Below are positions 13,048 to 26,323 of a DNA stretch of 64,000 bases, piece after piece. The translations under genes were made by a program, and so were the position numbers. The stretch lies in NCBI RefSeq assembly GCF_009834535.1, contig NC_045697.1, positions 55,492,001-55,556,000 on the forward strand, in the 5' to 3' direction. Source of the DNA: Camelus ferus. Taxonomy: Eukaryota. The first letter of the stretch is position 1. Every line of letters starts with the position of its first letter. The notes below the pieces were generated by a model. That model did no database searches. It was not told where the DNA came from and worked only from the letters and a program-made list of their open reading frames with translations.

Positions 13048-16000
13048 CATTTTATAAGGATTAAAGGAGTAATACAAGATGAGGATATTACACTCGTTAA
13101 TATATATGCACCTAATATAGGAGCACGTAAGTACATAAAACATCTACTAACAGAGATAAAGGAGGATATTGATGGGAATACAATCATAGTCAAGAGATTT
13201 TAACACCGCATTAACATCACTAGACAGATCTTCCAGACAGAAAATAAATAAGGCAACAGAGAAATTAAATAATACAATAGAAAAATTAGATTTGGTAGAT
13301 ATTTTCAGAGCATTACACCCCCCCCCCAAAATAGGATATACATTGGTTTCAAGTGCACATGGAACATTTTCTAGGATTGATCATATACTTGGGCACAAAA
13401 GAAGCCTCAACAATTTTAAGAAGAGAAATTATCTCAAGCATCTTTAGTGACTACAATGCCATGAAACTAGAAATCAACTACAGAGAAACAAAGGAGAAAA
13501 AAAGGAAAGCATGTAGATTAAACAACATGCTGTTAAAAAAAAAAACAGTGGGTCAACGATGAAATCAAAGTTGAAATGAAAAAAAATACCTTAAGACAAA
13601 TGAAAATGAAACCATTACCATACAAAATTTATGGGACACAGCAAAGGCAGTGCTAAGAGGGAAGTTTATAGTGATACAGGTCTTCCTCAAAAAAGAACAA
13701 TCTCAAACAATCTAACCCACCAGCTAAAAGAATTAGAAAAAGAAGAGCAAAAAACCCCAAAAGGCAGCAGAAGGAAGGAAATAATAAAGATCAGGGAGGA
13801 AATAAACACAACAGAGAGTAAAAACCATAGAAAATAATCAAACCAAAAGCTGGTTTTTTGAAAAAGTAAATGAAATCAGCAAACCTCTGGCCAAACGCAC
13901 AAAGAAGGAAAAAAAAAGAGCACAAATAAGCAAAATAAGAAAGGAAAATGGAGAAATTACAACAAATAAAATAGAAATACAGAATATCATACGAGAGTAT
14001 TATGAAAAACTATATGGAACCAAAATGGATAACCTAGAGGAGATGGACAAATTTCTGGAAACATAACTGTCCACCAAGACTGAACCAAGAAGAAACTGAC
14101 CACTTGAACAAACCGATCACTAGAAATGAAATCAAATTAGCAATAAAAAACGTCCCTACAAATAAAAGTCAAGGACCAGATGGCTTAACCAGGGAATTCT
14201 ACCAAACATATAAAGAAGAACTCCCACCAGTCCTTCTCAAACTCTTCCAGAAGATTGAAAAGGAGGGAATATTCCCAAACTCATTCTATGAAGCCACCAT
14301 CACCCTGATACCAAAACCAGGCAAAGACACTACCAAAAAAGAGAATTATAGGCCAACATCACTGATGAACATAGATGCAAAAATCCTCACCAAAATATTA
14401 GCAAATAGAATCCAACAACACATAAAAAAGATTATACATCATGACCAAGTGCAGTTCATCCCAGGGACACAAGGGTGGTTCAACATATGCAAATCAATCA
14501 ATGCAATACATCACATCGACAAGAGAAAGGACAAAAACCACATGATCATCTCAATAGATGCAGAGAAACATTTGATAAAATTCAACACCCATTTATGATA
14601 AAAACTCTCTCCAAAGTGGGTATAGAGGGAACGTATCTCAACATAATAAAACCTATATATGACAAACCTACAGCCAGCATAGTGCTCAACGGTGAAAAAC
14701 TCAAAAGCTTCCCACTAAATCTGGGACAAGACAAGGCCACTCTCACCACTCCTATTTAACATAGTCTTGGAAGTCCTAGCCACAGCAATCAGGCAAGAGA
14801 GAGAAATAAAAGGGATCCAAATTGGAAAAGAAGAGGTAAAAGTGTCACTATATGCCAACGACATGTTACTATATATAGAAAACCCTAAAAGGTCCACACA
14901 AAAACTACTAGAGCTGATCGAAAAATTCAGCAAGGTAGCAGGTTACAAGATTAACGTTCAAAAATCAGTTGCATTTCTTTACACTAACGATGAATCAACA
15001 GAAAAAGAAAGTAAAGAAACAATCCCCTTTAAAATAGCACCCAAAGTAATAAAATACCTAGGAATAAATCTAACCAAGGAGGTGAAAGGATTATACACAG
15101 AAAACTATAAACTACTGATGAAAGAAATTAAAGACGACTTTAAAAAATGGAAAGATATCCCATGCTCCTGGATTGGAAGAATCAATATTGTTAAAATGGT
15201 CACACTGCCCAAGGCAATCTACAGATTTAATGCAATCCCTATCCAATTACCCAGGACATATTTCACGGAACTAGAACAAATCATAATAAAATTTATATGG
15301 AACCATCAAAGACCTAGAATTGCCAAAGCATTACTGAAGAGAAAGAAAGAGGCTGGAGGAATAACTCTCCCAGACTTCAGACAATTCTATAGAGCTACAG
15401 TCATCAAGACAACATGGTATTGTTACAGAAACAGACATATAGACCAATGGAACAGAATAGAGAGCCCAGAAATGAACCCACAAACTTTTGGCCAACTAAT
15501 CTTCGACAAAGGAGGCAAGAATAAACAATGGAGTAAAGACAGTCTCTTCAACAAATGGTGTTGGGAAAACTGGACAGCAGCATGTAAAGCAGTGGAGCTA
15601 GAACACTCCCTTACACTATACACAAAAATCAACTCAAAATGGACCAAAGACTTAAACATAAGACAAGATACAATAAACATTCTAGAAGAAAATATAGGCA
15701 AAACATTATGTGACATACATCTCAAAAAATGTTCTCCTAGAACAGTCTACTCAAGCAATAGAAATAAAAGCAAGAATAAACAAATGGGACCTAATGAAAC
15801 TTACAAGCTTCTGCACAGCAAAGGAAACCAGAAGTAAAACAAGAAGAAAACCTATGGAATGGGAGAAAATTTTTGCAAATGAAACCGACAAAGGCTTGAT
15901 CTCCAGAATATATAAGCAGCTCATATGACTCAATAAGAAAAAAATAAACAACCCAATCCAAAAGTGGGCAGAAGACCTAAACAAGCAATTCTCCAAGGAA

Positions 16001-16570
16001 GACATACAAATGATCAAAAAGCACATGAAAAAATGCTCAATATCACTAATTATCAGAGAAATGCAAATTAAAACTACAATGAGGTATCACCTCACACCAG
16101 TCAGAATGGCCGTCATTCAAAAATCTACAAATGACAAGTGCTGCAGAGGCTGTGGAGAAAAGGGAACCCTCCTTCACTGCTGGTGGGAATGCAGTTTGAT
16201 GCAGCCACTGTGGAAAACAGTATGGAGATTCCTCAAAAGACTAGGAATAGACTTACCATATGACCCAGGAATCCCTCTCCTGGGCATATATCCAGAAGGA
16301 ACCCTACTTCAGGATGACACCTGCACCCCAAGGTTCACAGCAGCACTATTTACAATAGCCAAAACACAGAGACTGCCTAAATGTACATCAACGGATGACT
16401 GGATAAAGAAGTGGTATATTTATACAATGGAATACTACTCAGCCATAAAAACCGACAACATAATGCCATTTGCAGCAACAAGAATGCTCCTGGAGAATGT
16501 TATTCTAAGTGAAGTAAGCCAGAAAGAGAAAGAAAAATACCATATGAGACCGCTCATATGTGGAATCTAA
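13048..16570 (+). pseudogene. Frameshifted L1 ORF2 (endonuclease, reverse transcriptase, CCHC C-terminus)
   Basis: ORF pieces 14104-14598 ([30 protein letters not shown]), 14767-15837 (SLYANDM, KYLGINL) and 16010-16570 ([18 protein letters not shown]) lie in different frames. YADD is altered to YAND. Confidence 0.95.
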
Positions 16571-16864
16571 AAACAAACAAACAAACAAAGCATCAGAAAG
16601 AGACTCATAGACACAGAATCCAATTTGTGGTTGCCAAGGGGGCAGGTGGTGGGAAGGGATAGACTGGGATTTCAAAATGTAGAATAGATAAACAAGATTA
16701 TACTGTATAGCACAGGGAAATATATACAAGATCTTATGGTAACTCACAGAGAAAAAACGTGACAATGAATATATGTATGTTTATGTATAACTGAAAAATT
16801 GTGCTGTACACTGGAATTTGACACAACATTGTAAAATGATTATAAATCAATAAAAATGTTAAAA
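13048..16864 (+). mobile_element. Young 5'-truncated L1 (most of ORF2 plus 3' UTR) with TSD
   Basis: Starts within the endonuclease domain (IKGVIQDEDITLVNIYAPNIGA) and runs through RT and the cysteine-rich C-terminus to 'aatcaataaaaatgttaaaa'. TSD taagtcttt at 13036-13044 and 16865-16873, each preceded by an A-run. Confidence 0.97.
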
Positions 16865-16999
16865 TAAGTCTTTAAATTTAAGCACATAGTGAAGAGCTTT
16901 CATTAAAAATGAGGTAACTTTTGTTTCAGGTTACCTTGAACTGAGTCAATGTTACCAAAGATCTCATGCTGGGGGATACATTAAGGGCTGACATGTACA

Positions 17000-17562
17000 A
17001 ATCAGGCCAACGCTAATCAGTAAAAAGGAGAAATTAATTAGTTTTTTAAAGGGAATGATGTAATACAGGACATTGTTTACATAGTAGAAAGTCCAAAGGG
17101 CATGAAGGGGATGCTGAGTTTACCCAGAGATTATTAACTGCAGGAAGAGGGGGACTTGCCAGAACCTAGGAGCTTAAAGAATGGATCCTGTAGGGCCAGT
17201 GCTTAGACCTTCGGAGAAGAGTATCATGTGTCTGACATGTAGGCCTATGACAAAAGGGTACCCACAACTGTAGTTCCAGCTGCCAAGGTCACAATGCTTC
17301 TGGTCCCTCTGAGGGACCTCTTTTTGGCTAGTGACAGAAGATCCAAAAGACGAGCTGGCTGCTCTCTTTTGATGACACTCACTGTCTGGAACAAATGACT
17401 CCCTTCCTGTATTTAGTTTCAGTCTCCCAAGCTTCCCTTGGCAGAAATTAACAGTAAACTAGCTGACACAGATCTCTAAGAAATGCAGTTTCTAGAATTC
17501 TAAACCCAGCAACTCTGCAGAGTGTAGATTCAGAACTAAAATCCAATCATGGACACCAGTAC
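17000..17562 (-). mobile_element. Old ERVL-type solo LTR (LTR33-like)
   Basis: 'acccagagattattaactgcaggaag', 'cttcccttggcagaaattaacagtaaactagctgac...gaaatgcagttt' and terminal 'accagtaca' resemble the LTR33-group reverse strand. Confidence 0.5.
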
Positions 17563-19474
17563 ATAGTCATGTCAGTGAGAAGTTGGCAAAATTGAAGGGG
17601 CACAGAGGATATTTGTATGTTACAAGATATAATCAACAGCCACAATGAAAGTCTATCCATTGATCACAAGATTACTGCCTCACTAACATTTCTTATGGAC
17701 CAGGCTTGCAAGGACTGCTTACTCTTAGTCAGGAAGCAACATAAGCCAAACTTTATAAAGAGCAAGTGAGGCTAGAATAACCTGGAAGAAATAAACCTTA
17801 CAAGAGACGCTGTGCATGCTTTAAAGTTAACTTCAACTCTCCAAGTCCAATTTCTAGCACTGATGTTGGCATGTTTCATAGTTAAAATACAATGTACAAC
17901 ATGATACAATTCTCATTAAATACAAAGGAAAGGAAAGAAGCTATTGAATCTTTTAGAAATATCAAGGATAAACTTGGAGGGAATCCAAGAGCTTCAAATA
18001 ACTGATTCTAGACACGAGATCCCAAAACAGTATATAGTATTCTGGACTTCTAGATAAGCATTCACTCAAAAAAGAACTCTTATCTCTTAAATTGTGAGCA
18101 ATATGTACTAAGATAGGAAAAAGAGTGATCATTTTTTGTTGTTTTTTGGCTATGTTTTTTGTTTTGTTTTGTTCTATATTTTTGCTTTTCTTCCATACTG
18201 ATTAAAAAAAGTTTCCAGTATAATTTCTGATTAAAAACAAAAGATAGCTCAACAACTTGACAGTAAGATTTTCCATGGAGCAACAAGGCATGGTCTTCTC
18301 TGCACTTAACAAAGAAGCATCGGTTTCATTTACTGGATGCTGTGAGGTCCTAAATACAGTAGAACACCCTGTTCTTTTTTGCTCATTCACAAACCCCTGT
18401 TTATTTCAATAACATACATTATAATGGACTTTTCTTTTCTGTCAGCCTTACTGGAACATAAACTATGTATAGACAAATGTCTCCTCTCACTTGTTTAATA
18501 AAACAGTCTCCTCTCATCATCCAGCAGAATATCTAACATACCAAACAGTAATATGTATTTGTTGAAACAAGCAGAATATCCACATATGCCATACTTAGTA
18601 TATCAGAAAAAAGTTTAATAAAAATCTTAAATCTGTACACAGATTTATCAACATTTATACAAGAAAGAAAGAACAACTGTGGGAATTTAAAATTATAGAG
18701 ATTAAAGTAACCACTAAGGGCATTAGAACAAACAAATCAGAGAATGTGGCAGGTACTGACTGGATTATAAATGAAAACTTATGGATAATTTTACAAAACA
18801 GAAAGTTGTCAATGTAATATAATTTCTTATTGAAATGGAGGAAGGGCACCACAAAGGGAGCATCTAGAGATAAAAATTCAGTGAATTTCTATTGAGAGAA
18901 CAAGTTCAATTTGATAATTTTAAAAATCTAATAGATCATCACTATTAAATACTCAGAGAACTGAGTCAAACAATCAATAGTCATTTGTTTCAGTTTTCTG
19001 CTGCTTGTTAGTATGGTCCAAGTAATAGGACCCCAAATTTGTAAATTGCAGTGATAGGAAAGCTGAAATCTAGAAAAAGAAAAAAACAGCTGTTCCAATA
19101 AACCCATCTAGACATCACTGTATTTCTGCAATAGATAAATGATTCAATGAAAATCATGTAGAAAAATTTGAAACTATATTAGCTCTTTCAGGCCACTGTG
19201 ATGTAATTTAAGGTTTTCAACTTCAGTGAGCTAAGCTATATAGTGATGGTGCCTGTTTCTTTAAATACATCTTCTTGCCAGGCATTCTTTGGTGCAAGCA
19301 AACACTTAAAACCACATTATATTACTTGTTCCAAAATATTCTGTTGCTTCTAAAAAATAGTTTGTCTAAAGACCACATAGACTGTTCTCTGAAACAGCAG
19401 AAAAAGTAGTTTTAGAGATATTCAAGTACAGGAGGAAAAGAGACTGTAGAGTTAAACATAGCATGATGGTGTCA

Positions 19475-19615
19475 ATTAGCAGCTGTGTGAAATCGTGCCA
19501 GTTAACGTTTCTGAACTTTCCTCTCTATTTGTTAACATCCTTATAAAGTTACTATTAGAATTAGATAATACCCATATGCCTTGCATAACAGGCAGTTAAT
19601 AAATGGTTTAACTAT
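19475..19615 (+). mobile_element. MIR fragment
   Basis: 'tagcagctgtgtgaaatcgtgccagttaacgtttctgaactttcctc...ttagataata...gcagttaataaatgg'. Confidence 0.55.
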
Positions 19616-20539
19616 GTGAAGAAAATTTTACAGAAGTTTTAAAATTCTTTATTGTCCTATTTTTGAGGCAGTCTGATTTTTCTTATAATTTGCTAATGAA
19701 TTACTGATTGCTCAGCAATGAAGAAATGTACTAATGCAAAGGCAACTTGGTGGGTACTGCTTGCTGATGGACTCCATTAGAGACTACTAAAATACAGAAA
19801 CTTGCATTTCTAAAATCTAATGATTCACCGCCATATTAAAAAAAAATTGGGTTTTACCACAAAGATCAGAAAACATTAAACCTCAACTCCTTCAAAGAAG
19901 ATACTGAGGCTTATTTTAATGTAACAGTGCCTAAAGTGCAATACTAGGTGCAACAAAAATGAAGATAAGCTAGTGCCTATTTGGTTAAAAGCTATCTACC
20001 AACAGGTGTCATATGAACACTGGGGGAATTTTTGGGGCCAATTACCACACGGATAATTTGTAAATTCCAAGTGGCATTAGATGTCATCACTAAAAGCCAT
20101 TTTAAGTTCAATAAGATTAACCCAACCCAAGCAATTTTTGTACTCTTCATGCATATTTTTTCAGACTGGGAGATCATAGAAATACTATATGTAATTGCCA
20201 TGAAGATTTCAGCATGAGTGTTTTAGCAAATCTTTCCTGGCAGCCTTATAGACAAAACACAAAAACAGAATATATGTATTTATAATTAAGTAAATATGTA
20301 ATTTCAATAATTTTGCCTGGATCAGTATCAATCTGAAGGAAATTTTAGGCATGCTTTCAATTGATAATATGCAGCATTTGTACAAATCATATTAATGAAG
20401 TATGTATGAATTATTGGCTCTCCCAGAGCTGGCAGAAGTATAGAATTCATGGAGTAAAACAGCTATGATTTCATCTTTATTTTGTTAGGCTAGGGAAATG
20501 ATTTAATAATAACCAAATAATTTAATAGATATTAAGTTA

Positions 20540-20792
20540 ACATCTTCAGAAAATTCTTCAATGACCATCAAGACTAACTTAGGTGGTATTTTTGTATGTT
20601 TCATGGTATATTTTATGCCTTTTTAAAAAGATATAATTTATAATGCTTAATTATTGGTTATTATTTTAATGTCTCTTTTTTCTTAAGTATGTTTCCTTGA
20701 GAACAAGAACTAGTTTACTTTTGTTCACATCTGAATCTGCCTAACCCAACAACCCAATACATGGTAGGTACTTAATATTTAGTGATTAACTG
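20540..20792 (+). mobile_element. L2 3'-end fragment
   Basis: 'tttccttgagaacaagaactagtttacttttgttcac...acatggtaggtacttaatatttagtgattaactg'. Confidence 0.55.
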
Positions 20793-20904
20793 TATATAAT
20801 TTTAGACATAAGGCTTTTACATCTTATTATGCATACTCTAATATTAATCACCTCTCTCTGTTAGTACCTATAATAGGTTTGTGGAATTAAAAATACATGA
20901 AATT

Positions 20905-22263
20905 ATATACAATGGAATAAAGACAGTCTCATGAGCAAATGGTGTTGGGAAAACTGGACAGCAGCATGTAAAACAATGAAGCTAGAACACTCCCTTACAC
21001 TATACACAAAAATCAACTCAAAATGGATTAAAGACTTAAACATAAGACAAGATACAATAAACCTCCTAGAGGAAAACATAGGCAAAACATTATCTGACAT
21101 ACGTTTCAAAAATTTTCTCCTAGAAGAAATAAAAGCAAGAATAAACAAATGGGACCTAATGAAACTTACAAGCTTCTGCACAGCAAAGGAAACCAGAAGT
21201 AAAACAAGAAGAAAACCTACAGGAATGGGAGAAAATTTTTGCAAGTGAAACCGACAAAGGCTTGAGCTCCAGAATATATAAGCAGCTCATACGACTCAAT
21301 AAGAAAAAAATAAACAACCCAATCCAAAAATGGGCAGAAGACCTAAACAAGCAATTCTCCAAGGAAGACATACAAATGATCAAAAAGCACATGAAAAAAT
21401 GCTCAATATCACTAATTATCAGAGAAATGCAAATCAAAACTACAATGAGGTATCACCTCACACCAGTCAGAATGGCCTTCATTCAAAAATCCACAAATGA
21501 CAAATGCTGGAGAGGCTGTGGAGAAAGGGGAACCCTCCTACACTGCTGGTGGGAATGCAGTTTGATGCAGCCACTATGGAAAACAGTATGGAGATTCCTC
21601 AAAAGACTAGGAATAGACTTACCATATGACCCAAGAATCCCACTCCTGGGCTTGTATCCAGAAGGAACCCTACTTCAGGATGACATCTGCATCCCCAAGT
21701 TTCATAGCAGCACTATATACAATAGCCAAAACATGGAAACAGCCTAAATGTTCATCAACAGGTGACTGGATAAAGAAGAAGTGGTATATTTATACAATGG
21801 AATACTACTCAGCCATAAAAACCTGACAACATAATGCCATTTGCAGCAACATGGATGCTCCTGGAGAATGTCATTCTAAGTGAAGCCAGAAAGAGAAAGA
21901 AAAATACCATATGAGATCGCTCATATGTGGAATCTAAAAAACAAAAACAAAAACAAACAAACAAAAACAAAGCATAAATACAGGACAGAAATAGACTCAC
22001 AGACAGAGAATACAGACTTGTGGTTGCCAGGGGGTTGGAGGGTGGGAAGGGATAGACTGGGATTTCAAAATTGTAGAATAGATAAACAAGATTACACTGT
22101 ATAGCACAGGGAAATATACACAAAATGTTATGGTAACTCACAGAGAAAACAATGTGACAATGAGTGTGTATATGTCCATGAACGACTGAAAAATTGTGCT
22201 GAACACTGGAATTTGACACAACATTGTAAAATGATTATAAATCAATAAAAAATGTTAAAAAAA
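20905..22263 (+). mobile_element. Young 5'-truncated L1 (ORF2 C-terminus plus 3' UTR) with TSD
   Basis: Closely similar to 15520-16864. ORFs 20931-21248 and 21262-21747 ([18 protein letters not shown]). TSD acatgaaatt at 20895-20904 and 22264-22273. Upstream target reads tt/aaaaa, the L1 endonuclease consensus. Confidence 0.97.
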
Positions 22264-22369
22264 ACATGAAATTTTGTTTGTTTTTAAGGCTTTACCTTCT
22301 CAGTGCTGATCATACATAAGTCTGCCGTGAAGACCATGTCTAAACTCAGTAAAAATACATGATGTCCAT

Positions 22370-23000
22370 GAGATCTGTTCTTTGTATTTGAATATTTGTT
22401 AGAGTTCAGCAGTGAAGCTGTTATATCCTGGAATTTTGTTTGTGAGATGTTTTTGATTACTATCAATCTCCTTACTAGTAATCAGTCTGTTAGTAGGTTC
22501 TGTGTTTCTGGGAATTTATCCATTTTTTCTTCTTTCAAATTGGTTGCCCAATTTATTGGTGTATAATTGTTCATAGTAGTCCCTTATAATTCTTTGTATT
22601 TCCATTGTGTCGGTTGTAATGTTTTCTTTCATTTGATTTTACTTGAGTTTTCTTTTCTCTTGTTGATGAATCTGCATAAGGTTAGTCAATTTTGTTTCTT
22701 TTCAAAGAACCAGTTCTTAGTTTCGTTGATAGTCTCAGTAGTCTTTTTAGTCTCTGTTTCTGTTCTGAAATAAGTTTTGGCTTAATTTGTTCTTCTTTTC
22801 CTTGTTCCTTGAGACTTTTCTTGTTTCTTGAGGTAGGCATTTATTGCTCTGACCTTCCCTTGTAGAATTTTTTTTTGCTGCATCCCATCAGATTTGGTAT
22901 GGTGTTATTTCATTTGTCTCAAGTATTTTTTATTTCCCTTTGAGCCGATTTATTCTTTGACCAATTGATTTTTCAATAGCATGTTGTTTAATCTCCATAT
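22370..23000 (-). mobile_element. Old L1 ORF2 fragment, antisense
   Basis: 'ttttcaaagaaccagttcttagtttc', 'aggtaggcatttattgct', 'tttgctgcatcccat', 'agcatgttgtttaatctccata' are reverse-strand L1 ORF2 phrases. Confidence 0.85.
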
Positions 23001-23739
23001 TAATTAATAGAGAGACATATTAACAAGATTTTAAGTGATTTATTTTCTGTTTTCACACATTCCCCTCAATGAACATCCTTTGAAACATTCTGAATTCTTG
23101 TTCTCTAGTAAGTTTAATTGCTACTGTTTACCATATTAGAAATTTTCTTATTTATAACTATTTCACTGCATTTAATGCATTATTTTTCTCTACCATATTT
23201 TTATTCCTTATCTTTATATATATGGTAAGTTTTATCTTCAGATGCAATGGTAAAGTTGCAATGTCAAATGGATTAAATGTTTTCATAACCCTTGCTTGAG
23301 GCCAACTGCTTCATTGGCTGTCAAATTTTTAAATGAATGAAATAACAAAAAATAGTAGTTTTATTAATATTTTTGTTTCTGCATGAAAAGGATTATATGT
23401 AAGTATATTTGGGATTTTTAAAAATTTTAAATTGCTACAAAAATCCTAACTTACAATTACTCTGGCTAAAGACCAAGCACGTAGTAGAGTAAATATTTGT
23501 TAAATGAATACAGTGAGAGTTCTTGAGGTTTTTTTTCCCATTTATCAGAAACAAAAGCAAAAAATTAATAAATAAATAAATAACCACATACCCTGCCTCT
23601 AGATAATGAGACTGTGTAAGTAAGTGGATTAAAGCCCACATTCTGGCATTAGTCTATCTGGGTATAAATCTTTTCCTTCATTAATTTCTTCAGGGGCAGG
23701 TGCCATTGGGCACATGTCATTGAACATGTTACTAAGTTT

Positions 23740-23882
23740 TATATACTTGTTTTCTCTTAGAAAAAAAAATACAGATAATATTAGTTCCTCACAGGTTATT
23801 AGTATTTTAAATATGTTAAATAATTTAACTTTCCTAAGTACAGTGCCTAAGACATAGTAGTCACTACATAATTGTCTGCTGT
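23740..23882 (+). mobile_element. MIR 3' fragment
   Basis: 'cctcacaggttatt...aagtacagtgcctaagacatagtagtcactacataattgtctgctg'. Confidence 0.55.
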
Positions 23883-23999
23883 TCATTTGACTTCTTAGAA
23901 AATAGTTACTTCAGAAACTAACAGATCTCACAGTAGTAACAGCAGTGAAAATATTTCCAAAATAATAAAATTTTACTTTTCACATTTAAGTATGCCAGT

Positions 24000-24383
24000 T
24001 GTAATGAAGAGTCTACACCTTACCTTTTCTGCACATTGGGAAACCTAAGAAAAAGCTTGTATGTTACCCTCTTTGGTGTGGATAGGAGATTCAAACCATA
24101 CAAAACCCTGGCTGAGAGCAGAAACGCTAACTCTGGGCACATGGCCTAAGCACAATAAAAAAAACCCCAAGTCTAGTCTCCTTATACCACTTTCTCAAGT
24201 AATATTCACCTCAGCTTGAGAGGCTCACCCCTTCTCTCCCCAGAAAACCCTTGTTATGTAAATAATACACCTTTTGGTACTTTCTTGCTGTATATGTGTG
24301 CATATGGCATTTTGAATCTCAACATCTGGAGCAAATTTGGGAAGGGCCTCTATCCTGCCTCTGCAGGGTAGCCAAACCACACA
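24000..24383 (+). mobile_element. ERVL-type solo LTR (MER54/MER73-like)
   Basis: 3' part 'ctctccccagaaaacccttgttatgtaaataatacaccttt...aatctcaacatctggagcaaatttggg...tcctgcctctgcagggtagccaaaccaca' has an LTR-like R/U5 layout. Family name tentative. Confidence 0.55.
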
Positions 24384-25997
24384 CGGATAGAGGGTATTAG
24401 CATTATTCTGTAAAAATTACAGAAATAAAGATTACCTAACAACTCTCAATGTATACACAGAATGGTAAATATGTTATCCTTTTTATCAGCAGCATTTTCC
24501 CCAGAATTTATTTTTCACGTATTTTTGGTTCAGACTTCTCTTGTTAGCATGCTCTTTAAAAAAAAATCTAAACTTTCTGATCAACGTTTCTTTTCTTTTT
24601 CTTGAACAATTCCTTTACACCTCTTCAAGAGAACACTGCTTCTGTTCTCTTGAAATGCAACAGTGTTATCCATCCTTTCAGGCAGTTAGAGATAATACTC
24701 CACAAAGAGTTGAACATTAAAGAAACATTTATTCTTGTTTTCTGTGACACACTTGCACTATTAAATTTCTTTAATAAATTAGAATTTTAAATAAATTCTA
24801 TATTTCTCAATCAGGTTCAATTTATGTCATAATTATTTTTGATCAAATAGTTTGCAGTTAGACTTTCATATATTACCAGCCATGTTTAATACATTTTTCC
24901 TCAGCACCTATTTATGTTGTTTTGCGCCATTAAATTTCACTTAGCAATTTGATTCTGTCTGACATGCAATGAATGAGGAAACTGAATGTTTAAGTAATTG
25001 CCAATAAGATGTTAACATGGATCTGGATATAGTTTTAGAAGATATGTTTTAGCTGTAGCTAAGTCTACATAATTCTGCCAGTCAGAATATTATGTGACAA
25101 AAATGTTCATTTGTTCTAATTTTCTAGGGAGAGAAATGCATAACTGTTATTGCCATGGGCTATAGCAGTCTGTATTGTACCTTATCACTTAATTCCTAAG
25201 AAAGCTAAGAGCATAGTAATAATTTAATAGGAAAACTAAAGCCTTGAGTATTTATTTTTGTCTTTGATCCTTAACATATAAATATAACATGAAATGATCT
25301 AGCAACTGATATAAAGCTTAGAGAGTTTGAATGGAACAAATTGAAATGATACAAAACACTCCACACACATAGAAAAATGAAGCATCCACTCTGAACATGG
25401 AAGATTGAGTATGTATATTAGGTAGAATATATTCAGAAATTTTGTTACACATGTGTTATAATAAACACCTCAGTCTATATGCATTGACACTGGGACCCAC
25501 AACCACTGTTCTATTAAGTGAAATGGGGAATATGCAAACTGCTTATTATTTGTGATACATGACTTTTTTTTTTTTCACTTTATTCTGCTAGTGAAGACCT
25601 TGTATGTTTCTTTTCACTCATCATTTCCATCATTGTATTCATAATAAATTGTATCTTGGAGAACAAAATGAAGTAGGTAGAATTGGAAAAAAAAATAGTC
25701 TGGAGAATTGACCAGACCTTAGCAGGAGCCTATAAAATTATGTTAGCTTTCTATTTGTAGATTTATGAAAGGCAACAGTACAAAGGAAAAGATGCTAGGA
25801 GGAAGAGGAAAGAAAAAAAGTAGATTTAGAAGTTAGGAAAGCTTAAAGGATCCAGCAAGAATAATGTGTGAAAATGCTGAAAGTCCGATTGAGACTGGAA
25901 GCATTGATCAAAAATTAAAGCAAGAAGCTTGTACTACATGGGAAATGAAATATAAGCAAGTATTTTAGCCAGCCACAACAAGAGGCATAACTTACGC

Positions 25998-26323
25998 CAG
26001 AGATCAGCAAGCTATGACCCACAATTCAAAGTGGACCACTGCTTATGGCCAGCAAGTTACAGTGGTTTTTACATCTTTAAATGGTTGGAAACAATGAAAC
26101 AAAGAAGTCTACTTCATGATATGTGAACATAATGAGATTTAAATTTCCAGGTCCATAAAAGTAATATTTTACTGGGAAACACCCCTACTCATTTGTTTAT
26201 GTATCATCTAGAGCTGTTTTTACACTCTAAGAACAGATTTGAGTAGTTGCTCCCAAGACAATATGGCCCACAAAGCCTGAAGTATGTACTCTGGCCCTTT
26301 AAGAAAACATTTGCTGACATCTG
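25998..26323. mobile_element. hAT-Charlie MITE (MER58B-like)
   Basis: Terminal inverted repeats cagagatcagcaa and ttgctgacatctg. Internal 'atatggcccacaaagcctgaagtatgtactctggccctttaagaaaacatttgctgac'. The 8-bp flanks acttacgc and tcctaagc match at 5 of 8 positions. Confidence 0.85.

Noticed and set aside
14767..15837. 356-aa reverse-transcriptase ORF as a functional gene or novel RT system
   Set aside because: It is a fragment of a 5'-truncated, frameshifted L1 ORF2 with a mutated catalytic motif (YAND) and no promoter or ORF1.
15423..16765. Recurrent hydrophobic minus-strand ORFs (also 20903-22219 and 52203-53262) resembling a membrane-protein family
   Set aside because: They are antisense shadows of A-rich L1 sequence and recur only because the L1 recurs.
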